DNA from: Cyclobacteriaceae bacterium | GTDB lineage: Bacteria; Bacteroidota; Bacteroidia; Cytophagales; Cyclobacteriaceae | Length of the DNA stretch: 64,000 nt | Direction of reading: 5' to 3' | Assembly (NCBI GenBank): GCA_965267245.1 | Contig: OZ253939.1 | Location: 5,840,962-5,904,961 of the forward strand | Part shown: in pieces, positions 46,337-53,613 of the stretch | Numbering within the stretch: the first letter of the stretch is position 1 | How the letters are laid out: each line of letters starts with the position of its first letter | Notes under the pieces: model-generated | Database searches by the model: none | The model's input: only the letters and a program-made list of their open reading frames with translations | What the model was told of the DNA's origin: nothing | Made by a program: the position numbers and the translations under genes

Positions 46337-47023
46337 TTAGTAAGTAGTTTTAATTCTATGTGGGATTTTGGCGAATGTGCCTTCTACTATCTTGTCCCAT
46401 TCAATAGTGTTTACTGAATTCCAGTCAATGCCTAATTCCCATATTGTCTTAGAAAAACTGATTTGATCTCGGTGTGAAAACTGTAGGAGGTTGTTGTACC
46501 AGATAGGGCCAAAGTTTTTCCAGTTCTCTGAATTAAAGTCACGAATCATAAAACCAGCTGCTATCAAACCAAAATTTTTTGGGATTTTGAGACGTTCGTA
46601 TTCCATGAACTGTGCTTTGAGTTTGTCTTTAGGGGCTTTTGAAGATTTTATGCAGGTTTCTATTTCCTCAAATACACAATTTCTCCAGGGATGGGACATT
46701 GCAACCAGAAGGTTTATATCGGGTGCAAATTTTTCAAACAATGATTCTGTAGACTTTAATTGAAAAAAGTTAGCATCATGATACATGACTTTTTCAAAAC
46801 TCTTTAACTCTTCATGGCCCTCAATTTTGAGCTTTCGTTGAACCATCAGCTTTTCAAATTGAGTCATTCCAGAGGTATCAATCTCTATTTTACTCCAAGG
46901 TTTTGGGATAGATTCTGCTGAGTCAGTAAAAGCCAGGTATTCAATGTCTTTATCTATGAATTGAGGAACTGGAATACTGTCGTAATTCCTCGTCATAACC
47001 GTATATATTGCCTTTTTCATCAT
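46337..47023 (-). CDS. DUF616-type glycosyltransferase
   Basis: AIYTVMTRNYDSIPVP...YLAFTDS matches the DUF616 N-terminal pattern (IYT..fG.YD ... cFTD). Confidence 0.55.
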   Translation of the reverse strand: MMKKAIYTVMTRNYDSIPVPQFIDKDIEYLAFTDSAESIPKPWSKIEIDTSGMTQFEKLMVQRKLKIEGHEELKSFEKVMYHDANFFQLKSTESLFEKFAPDINLLVAMSHPWRNCVFEEIETCIKSSKAPKDKLKAQFMEYERLKIPKNFGLIAAGFMIRDFNSENWKNFGPIWYNNLLQFSHRDQISFSKTIWELGIDWNSVNTIEWDKIVEGTFAKIPHRIKTTY

Positions 47024-47047
47024 TCTTTAGTTTTTTGTGGTGTGTGG

Positions 47048-47716
47048 TTAAGCGTTTTGTAATCTGTCCAGGATACGGGAGTGGTACGATCTATTCCTTA
47101 CACCACAGTATGGTTCCCATAAGCTTCCTGCATCAATAAGTGTAGAATTGGGAAATTCCTTTGATAGCTCATGAATTAAGACTTCTGCCATCATACTACA
47201 TGAGAAGTATCCGACATTATGTTTCTTAAGCTGTTGTCTTGACTCGTTTCTAATTCTCTCGTAGAAAAGCCAGCAGTTGGTAGGAGGAATAGAAACTATT
47301 GGTTTCCTCAATCCCATTTTCTTGAAATGACCTGGACCAACAAAGAAGCAATCCTGATCTTTCAGAACATCCCAGATGGGAAGTAGCTTATCTTGTATAC
47401 TAGCATGGTGTAGAATGTCAGCATTACACCATTCAATATTAGGCCACCGATCTTTGAAGTTTGGATATTGCTTTAACCCAAAATTTTGAATCCCTATAAA
47501 GCATGTTTGCTTTTTGTTTTGCTCGTCAAGAACTTTGATCAGCTGCTCGCTCAGGTTAACAAAGTATGTGTGATTGTCACAGTTGGATCCGCTATTAGGT
47601 TTAAGGATGCAGCGCATTTCACCGTCTCCGAACCGGATAAATTTAAATGCCTCATTTATGCTCATCATTTCGAGCATTGTTTGAAAATCGAATTCTCTAA
47701 ACTTGTTCATCATCAT
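47048..47716 (-). CDS. GT-D (DUF1792)-type glycosyltransferase
   Basis: FIRFGDGEMRCIL matches the DUF1792 hallmark RFGDGE. Confidence 0.55.
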   Translation of the reverse strand: MMMNKFREFDFQTMLEMMSINEAFKFIRFGDGEMRCILKPNSGSNCDNHTYFVNLSEQLIKVLDEQNKKQTCFIGIQNFGLKQYPNFKDRWPNIEWCNADILHHASIQDKLLPIWDVLKDQDCFFVGPGHFKKMGLRKPIVSIPPTNCWLFYERIRNESRQQLKKHNVGYFSCSMMAEVLIHELSKEFPNSTLIDAGSLWEPYCGVRNRSYHSRILDRLQNA

Positions 47717-47900
47717 TTATAGTTTTCATTGATACATATGTTACTTCATATACTTTACCGACTATGCATTTATCCTCATTATCGTCGAGCCATTTACGAG
47801 CCTGCTCTTGAGAATCAAATCCATGGTTTAGTAATATTCTTCTGTAATACTTTTCTCCGGACACACGGTAGTTTGTCCAAACAGCCCAGGTCCAGTTCAT
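47697..47900 (-). CDS. Hypothetical small protein
   Basis: 67-aa ORF, the first gene after the iteron region. Confidence 0.4.
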   Translation of the reverse strand: MNWTWAVWTNYRVSGEKYYRRILLNHGFDSQEQARKWLDDNEDKCIVGKVYEVTYVSMKTINDDEQV

Positions 47901-47940
47901 ATTTTTTTGTTTTTAGTCTTTCCAAAAGCAAAAATCCAAG

Positions 47941-48097
47941 CCCAACTAGCCCAACTAGCCCAACTATTTATTGTAATCCCAACTAATATTTTATATAGCC
48001 CAACTAATATATTAGAATACCCAACTATTGAAATGTATGTATATATCTGATATTCAACTAGATAGTTTAAATAGTTAGGTAAGTTGGGATAGTTGGG
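47941..48097. repeat. Iteron field / candidate replication origin of element 1
   Basis: CCCAACTA occurs at 47941, 47950, 47959, 47978, 47999 and 48020, with a degenerate copy at 48053. An AT-rich spacer (aaatgtatgtatatatctgatatt) follows, then inverted copies at 48081-48088 and 48090-48097. The field starts immediately after the primase-helicase stop. Confidence 0.65.
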
Positions 48098-48101
48098 GTT
48101 G

Positions 48102-51100
48102 TTAAAATGGTAAATCATCGTTATCACTATCGTTTGAGGGTGATGGAGGAACAATTTCGGGTTCAGAAGTAGGTGGATAGGTGGAATTCTTAGCAGCATT
48201 TAAGTTAATTCCCAACTCAGAGGACTTGAAGATGAATGCTCCATACTTTTTTCCTCCAATGGATTCTGAATCAACTCTACCAACATAATATCCCCTACTT
48301 TTCACATAGCTTGTAAGTGAGGTGAAGTTGATTGGGTTATCTCCCTCAGTCTTTTTTTCCTTCGCATATAGTTTCTGTACCTCAGTTAACCTTAAGAACA
48401 GAAGTTCAGTTGGTTCCATCAGATCCAGGTAACCATCACTGGTTTCAGGGGAATTAACTCTTACTTTATTTTTAGTTTGAATTTTGAAGTGAAGTTCATT
48501 CCTGATTTTTCCTGCATCAAACAGGTTTTGAACGGTCATCCAGAAGTCACGAAGAATATCTGATTGAGAAATTGTATCTGTTAATTCTATAATTTCATTT
48601 TCTGCCCAGGTTTTAAAATCCTCATGACTCCAGGGAAACTGAAATTCAGTATCAAAAATTTTGTTCATTGCGACTAAGGCACAATAATTCCTCAATACAC
48701 GTTCATCATACTGCTTCTTTCTGGATCTGATGTTAGCAGAAATTATTTTAAAAGATTCAATAAAAGCAGATAAGTAATTTTTTTCGACATGACCTCTTGA
48801 TGGAAGTAATTCGGTTAACACTCCACCAAGTCCCTTTTTCTCCAATGTCTTTAATTCCTGGTAAGCTTTTATTTTTTCTTCAGTACGTTCATTGTTACTT
48901 GCAAAAACACTTACAATTGACCTGGAAACAACTGAATTATCATCTTTTGTACTCAGATATTGACCCTGAAGAATCATCGTGCAGTTTACCTTTTGTGTAT
49001 TACTTCGTGTTTTTGTTCCGCCTCTTCCTAACCTTTCCCTTCCTTCACCATCAAAAGCAGTCTTAATTGCCTGAAATCTCTCTTCTTTGACAGAGTTGTC
49101 ATCAAACTCATTGAAGATCATAGGGCAGTTCTTGTATCTTTCGAGAGAGGCGGCAAAAGCTGCATCTGTACCACTCGGAAGTGAGAAGGGTTGGAGTTCC
49201 TTAAAGAAGACAGCTGCTACACTTTCGGCAAATTTAGATTTACCAGATCCTTTTGGACCATAGCCATATAAATGAGGACAATTGTTATCTACTTTGAATA
49301 CAATGTCCCTGAAAAGACTTATTAACACATACGAAACAGCAGCATACGCATGTCTGCCATACACAGTCTGCATTCGAGCAGCCCAATTGTTAAAATCAAT
49401 AGGAGGATTACTGTATGTCAAGTACCTATCTTTTTCATGTAAATCGTTATCCTGGCGAACGTCTTTAAATATTTTACTGCTAGCAGGAGAGAAGTAATGT
49501 TTATTCTCGACCTCAACTAATCCAGCTTCATTGTAATTAATAATTCCCTGGTCTATGACATACACGCAATTGTAGTAAGCAAAGAATCCTTCATTTTGCC
49601 AACCGAGGTTTTTTAATTCCCATCCTTTTGGGAATTCATACATTTGGTCCATTATTATCTTATCGAGATCCTGTTTAGACCCATTGAAATAATATGCCCC
49701 TCTCGCAAAGAGATGATTTCGGAATTTTTCGGTAGATATTAATGAATCACTTGGAACCTCAATAATTTCTCCCTCATCGTAGATTCCATTTTCAAGTTTA
49801 ATGATCCTGCTATTATCTTCAGGATCAAACTTGTGTAGTATAGGAGTGAAGATGAAATTGGAAACTTTGTAGAAACCTGAATAATCTTTTTTTAGAATGT
49901 AATAACCTGTTTGATCACCATCTACCTTACCAAAGTATTGTTTATGATTGATCTCTTCCAGGTCAGCTTCCTCTGGTAAATCATCATCACCTTCAAACTT
50001 GTATGATTTATACTTGCTAGCTATTCGACGTTGTGTCTGCTTCTCCTTTAACTTTTCTTCTCTAGTTTTAAGTGACTTAGCCCGTAGTTTCAGTTCCTTT
50101 TGAATCTGAGTTCTGTAGTCCTCCTGGATCTCTGTGTCGGGAATTAACATTATTAACGATACTATTTGATCCATGGCATCCGCACGATCATATGCATCAG
50201 TACATTTATCGTAGATCTGTTTAGCCAGGTAAACAATAGCATCTTTTGAATTATCAATAATCCATTCAGCAATGTTTTCACCTACTTCTTGGCATAACTC
50301 GTCTGGATCTTGATTTTTTGGTAGAGGACAGACTTTTACATTCAACCCGTATTTAGATAGTACTTCTGTATCCTTTCTAACAGCTTTCATCCCAGCGGCA
50401 TCACCATCACGCATTAAGTATATGGTTCTTGCGTACTTATTGAGCAGCTTGGCCTGTGAATCTGTTAATGCCGTCCCCATGCTACAAACCGTATTTGATA
50501 ATGCGTTGGAATGCATGCTGATAACATCAGTATAACCTTCAACTAGAATAGCAGATCTCTCAAGTATTTTCTCTCCTTTATGTTTTACACCATTTACAAT
50601 TGAGCGCTTTGCCTGGTTTAAACCATATAGAACATGACGTTTGTTGAATAGTAAGCTTTCTTTTGAGTTAAGATACTTTGGTACCTGATCTTTTTTAAAT
50701 GCTCTGCCAGAAAATGCAACCAGCAGACCATTATGATCATAAATTGGAAAAATTATTCTATCCTGGAAAAAATCATAATAGTTTCCGTTTTTGGTACTAA
50801 GTAGTCCGCATTCAACACAATCGAGGGCTATTCCTTTTTCTCGGGCAAGATCGTAGATGAACTTATTGTCATCGGCAGCTAGTCCTAATCCCCATTCACT
50901 AATAATTTCCTTATCAAAACGATTGATTTGATCCCAGTACTCTTTTGATGAATTAGGTTCATCAGAATCCATTACCTTCAGAAGCGTTTCACTGTATTTA
51001 TTTAAAGCCGCTCTGTGTAGTGTGCTGAAATAGTGTGATTTTTCTGCTTTGGACTTTTCTTCAGGTGTCAGATCCTCTTCTTCAATTTCAATATTATATT

Positions 51101-51365
51101 TTTTGGCCAGGTACCTAAGAGCCTCTGGATAATTTAATTTTTCATGCTCAATCAAAAACGTAACTACGTCCCCACCTTTTCCGCTACTGAAGCATTTAAA
51201 TATCTGTTTGCTAGGTACAACATAGAAAGAAGCAGTCTTCTCATTTGTCCAGGGACTTTTTGCACTGTAGCTATTTCCCGACTTTTTTAATTCAACGAAA
51301 TCAGATACTACATCTGTTATTTCTGACTCTCGATATATTTTATCAATAATATGTGGTGCAATCAT
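48102..51365 (-). CDS. Primase-helicase (DnaG-like ZBD remnant, TOPRIM, C-terminal D5/P4-type SF3 helicase)
   Basis: NEKTASFYVV...FKCFSSGKGGDVVTFL (DnaG zinc-binding-domain layout with ligands replaced), TOPRIM ILVEGYTDVISMH...DGDAAG, and Walker A GYGPKGSGKSKF. Confidence 0.88.
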   Translation of the reverse strand: MIAPHIIDKIYRESEITDVVSDFVELKKSGNSYSAKSPWTNEKTASFYVVPSKQIFKCFSSGKGGDVVTFLIEHEKLNYPEALRYLAKKYNIEIEEEDLTPEEKSKAEKSHYFSTLHRAALNKYSETLLKVMDSDEPNSSKEYWDQINRFDKEIISEWGLGLAADDNKFIYDLAREKGIALDCVECGLLSTKNGNYYDFFQDRIIFPIYDHNGLLVAFSGRAFKKDQVPKYLNSKESLLFNKRHVLYGLNQAKRSIVNGVKHKGEKILERSAILVEGYTDVISMHSNALSNTVCSMGTALTDSQAKLLNKYARTIYLMRDGDAAGMKAVRKDTEVLSKYGLNVKVCPLPKNQDPDELCQEVGENIAEWIIDNSKDAIVYLAKQIYDKCTDAYDRADAMDQIVSLIMLIPDTEIQEDYRTQIQKELKLRAKSLKTREEKLKEKQTQRRIASKYKSYKFEGDDDLPEEADLEEINHKQYFGKVDGDQTGYYILKKDYSGFYKVSNFIFTPILHKFDPEDNSRIIKLENGIYDEGEIIEVPSDSLISTEKFRNHLFARGAYYFNGSKQDLDKIIMDQMYEFPKGWELKNLGWQNEGFFAYYNCVYVIDQGIINYNEAGLVEVENKHYFSPASSKIFKDVRQDNDLHEKDRYLTYSNPPIDFNNWAARMQTVYGRHAYAAVSYVLISLFRDIVFKVDNNCPHLYGYGPKGSGKSKFAESVAAVFFKELQPFSLPSGTDAAFAASLERYKNCPMIFNEFDDNSVKEERFQAIKTAFDGEGRERLGRGGTKTRSNTQKVNCTMILQGQYLSTKDDNSVVSRSIVSVFASNNERTEEKIKAYQELKTLEKKGLGGVLTELLPSRGHVEKNYLSAFIESFKIISANIRSRKKQYDERVLRNYCALVAMNKIFDTEFQFPWSHEDFKTWAENEIIELTDTISQSDILRDFWMTVQNLFDAGKIRNELHFKIQTKNKVRVNSPETSDGYLDLMEPTELLFLRLTEVQKLYAKEKKTEGDNPINFTSLTSYVKSRGYYVGRVDSESIGGKKYGAFIFKSSELGINLNAAKNSTYPPTSEPEIVPPSPSNDSDNDDLPF

Positions 51366-51501
51366 CTAAATTATCTCATTCAAAATCCTCAAAAAAATGG
51401 TGTGTGGTGGTTTAAATAAGGTTTCTTATGAGTAATTGAAGAGATCTTCTTCCTTTTCTAATTTGATAAAATCTTCAATATAAATGGGGTTCGATTTGTG
51501 G

Positions 51502-53022
51502 TCAGTACGGACTGCCAAAGACTAACAAGCCACCACTTTCGGTGGCTTTTTTACTTATATGGCGTGTATAGGCCAATATTGGGTTTATTTGATGGGTTCG
51601 ATATTGGCTATTTTTCTTATCGTAAGTAAATCCCTGTGGAAACACTATTTTCTGAATGACTTGTCTATGTGAAAACGTGGCTGATTGCCATAGATCAGCT
51701 ATTTCTGAGGTAAATCTGATAGCGTAATTGACGAACTTTGATGGGTTTGATTTTTTTATTCTGATAGTCTCCAGTTCCTTCTCAATTTCTACTCTTTCAC
51801 TCATCAGATTTGACTGATGGGAAGTATAAGTTTCTTCCCCTAATCCGGAGTATATAAATTTATCTTCTAATACTTTCAATTTGGAATTGATCTTACCAAT
51901 CTGCTGCCTCAGGATTGAAGCCCTCTTTATGTCTTCTGTTGCTAACCTGGTGAATGTTTCTGATAATATTGATTCAAATGCAGGTACCAGTTCAATATCC
52001 AGTGAAAGCTCGTTTAGCAATTCCAAAAATCCGGCATGAGCTTTATTTGCGGAAATATTCTCTTTGCAGCCTTTACCATTGCACTTGTAATATGCGATAG
52101 GGTTCTTCTTAATGTAATACTTATCCTGGTCCCAGATAGATTGCTTCTTCTTCACAAAGTATCCTGTCAATGGTCTATTACATTTTGAGCACTCCAATGA
52201 TCTCTTTAGAGGGAATGAATCTTCTGTGTCTACAATATTTATGGACTCATTCCCAGAAAGAATCTCCTGTACCTTTAGAAATAATTCATTACTTACAATT
52301 GCTGGGTGAGTTCCTTTTACCGGTTTATCTATCATGGAAGTGGCTACCCATCCTGCATAAATTGGGTTTCTCAATCTTTTGGACCATGTCTGTACACTGT
52401 CCTTTATTCCCAGTGTGCTCATTTTGTTCCTGATGTCAGTAATGCCATTGCGCATAGATGCCATTTTAAAGGCTCGTTCAATATGGTAGCCTTCTGGTGT
52501 GATAGACACCTTGCCAGTGTTTTTATCTTTTAGGTAACCAATAGGGAAGGGGAAGATCCAAATTCCCTGGTTTAGTTTTGATTTCATTCCAGCTGTAACT
52601 ACCAATGATCTGCGATCATTATCTACTTCTGGCATAGCCAGGTAAAAAGCCAGCATCATCTTCTGCTCAGGTATTGAAGGATCTATAGGTTGTTCAATAG
52701 CCTGAACCTGTATTCCGAGTTTGCGGAGGGTTTTGATCATGTGGAATGATTCTTCCATGTTACGGCTGAATCTATCCCACCGGTGTACTAATAGAGTGTC
52801 TATCTGCTTACTGTATTTTTTACAGTAAGCTAACAGCCTAGTAAACTCAGGGCGCTTAAACGTTTTTGCACTATAATCTTCCTGAAATAGTCTATCTATT
52901 GTAATCCTGTTTATATCACAATATTGCCTAAGTCTAGTCTCCTGATGTGGTAGACTTGTGCCTCTTTCAGCTTGATCATCTGTGCTTACGCGTGTGTATA
53001 GTATGGCCCTGGTTAATCTCAT
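51502..53022 (-). CDS. Large serine recombinase (integrase of element 2)
   Basis: From the ATG at 53020-53022: MRLTRAILYTRVSTDDQ (catalytic Ser), a recombinase domain and a zinc ribbon CSKCNR...YYKCNGKGC. The last 6 codons cross the att core. Confidence 0.9.
   Translation of the reverse strand: MRLTRAILYTRVSTDDQAERGTSLPHQETRLRQYCDINRITIDRLFQEDYSAKTFKRPEFTRLLAYCKKYSKQIDTLLVHRWDRFSRNMEESFHMIKTLRKLGIQVQAIEQPIDPSIPEQKMMLAFYLAMPEVDNDRRSLVVTAGMKSKLNQGIWIFPFPIGYLKDKNTGKVSITPEGYHIERAFKMASMRNGITDIRNKMSTLGIKDSVQTWSKRLRNPIYAGWVATSMIDKPVKGTHPAIVSNELFLKVQEILSGNESINIVDTEDSFPLKRSLECSKCNRPLTGYFVKKKQSIWDQDKYYIKKNPIAYYKCNGKGCKENISANKAHAGFLELLNELSLDIELVPAFESILSETFTRLATEDIKRASILRQQIGKINSKLKVLEDKFIYSGLGEETYTSHQSNLMSERVEIEKELETIRIKKSNPSKFVNYAIRFTSEIADLWQSATFSHRQVIQKIVFPQGFTYDKKNSQYRTHQINPILAYTRHISKKATESGGLLVFGSPY
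51509..51520. repeat. att core copy 2 (GGACTGCCAAAG): junction of element 1 and element 2
   Basis: Exact repeat of 12027-12038. It is preceded by GGGGTTCGATT (51486-51496), which matches the tRNA-Glu T-arm. Confidence 0.6.
51527..51552 (+). terminator. Second element-borne + strand terminator directly after the att core
   Basis: AAGCCACC-actttc-GGTGGCTT followed by TTTT. It sits in the same position relative to the core as 12046-12083. Confidence 0.6.
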
Positions 53023-53147
53023 TTTCTCCTTCTTTCTATGATTTGAATAATTATGAATGGTGAAAATAAAATTACTGAAATACCGACTATAATCAACATT
53101 CCCAATATAAGGGCGAATGACACACAATCTAAAACATACTCACTCAT
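53019..53147 (-). CDS. Possible 42-aa TM peptide upstream of the integrase
   Basis: MSEYVLDCVSFALILGMLIIVGISVILFSPFIIIQIIERRRK. ATGA overlap with the integrase start. Confidence 0.35.
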   Translation of the reverse strand: MSEYVLDCVSFALILGMLIIVGISVILFSPFIIIQIIERRRK

Positions 53148-53271
53148 TTTCCTGATCATTAAAATGGTAAAACAATACTTCTGCCAATAGACACAAATCA
53201 TCATACAGGGCTTTGGCCTCATCATATGAGAGGTTCTTTACCTGGGCGATTTGTTCTATAGTTTCCTTCAT
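53140..53271 (-). CDS. Possible 43-aa acidic protein
   Basis: Hand translation gives MKETIEQIAQVKNLSYDEAKALYDDLCLLAEVLFYHFNDQENE. It overlaps the next small ORF by 8 nt. Confidence 0.3.
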   Translation of the reverse strand: MKETIEQIAQVKNLSYDEAKALYDDLCLLAEVLFYHFNDQENE

Positions 53272-53287
53272 TTTAAAAAAAAAAGAA

Positions 53288-53593
53288 ATGTCCCGATTTT
53301 TTAATGCACGGTTTCATGTAACTAATTGACAACCAGCAAATTAACCTTTGTAAAATCGGGACACGATCGGGACAATACTTTTTTAATACGCTGATTAACA
53401 AATACTTACAAGTTGAAAATCGGGACAGAAAATGTCCCGAAATCGGGACAAAATGTGTCCCGATTTTCAAGCGGTAACTACCTGTAAACCAGGTGGATAT
53501 ATTTTCAATGTCCCGATCGTGTCCCGATATTTTTATATTTAATGAATTGATATTCAGGTATTTATCTCTATCGGGACACAAATAAATCGGGAC
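53288..53593. repeat. Iteron field / candidate origin of element 2
   Basis: There are 11 copies of the 8-mer TCGGGACA or its complement TGTCCCGA. Forward copies are at 53355, 53366, 53419, 53442, 53570 and 53586. Reverse copies are at 53288, 53432, 53455, 53508 and 53519. Most are embedded in AAATCGGGACA. Confidence 0.7.
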
Positions 53594-53613
53594 ATTTATG
53601 TTTTTTGTTGTAA

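Larger units (their letters stand above)
12027..51520. mobile_element. Integrated temperate element 1 (prophage-like, about 39.5 kb)
   Basis: Bounded by the two att core copies. It contains a serine recombinase, a divergent XRE switch, methylases, lysis enzymes, spike-like proteins and a primase-helicase with iterons. Nearly all genes are on the minus strand. Confidence 0.75.

Noticed and set aside
47729-48199. ORFs 47729-47986 (+) and 47897-48199 (-) across the CCCAACTA repeat field.
   Set aside because: Their sequences are repeat-derived (PTSPTSPT, NYPNLPNYLNYL) and overlap the primase stop. The DNA-level iteron structure explains the region better.
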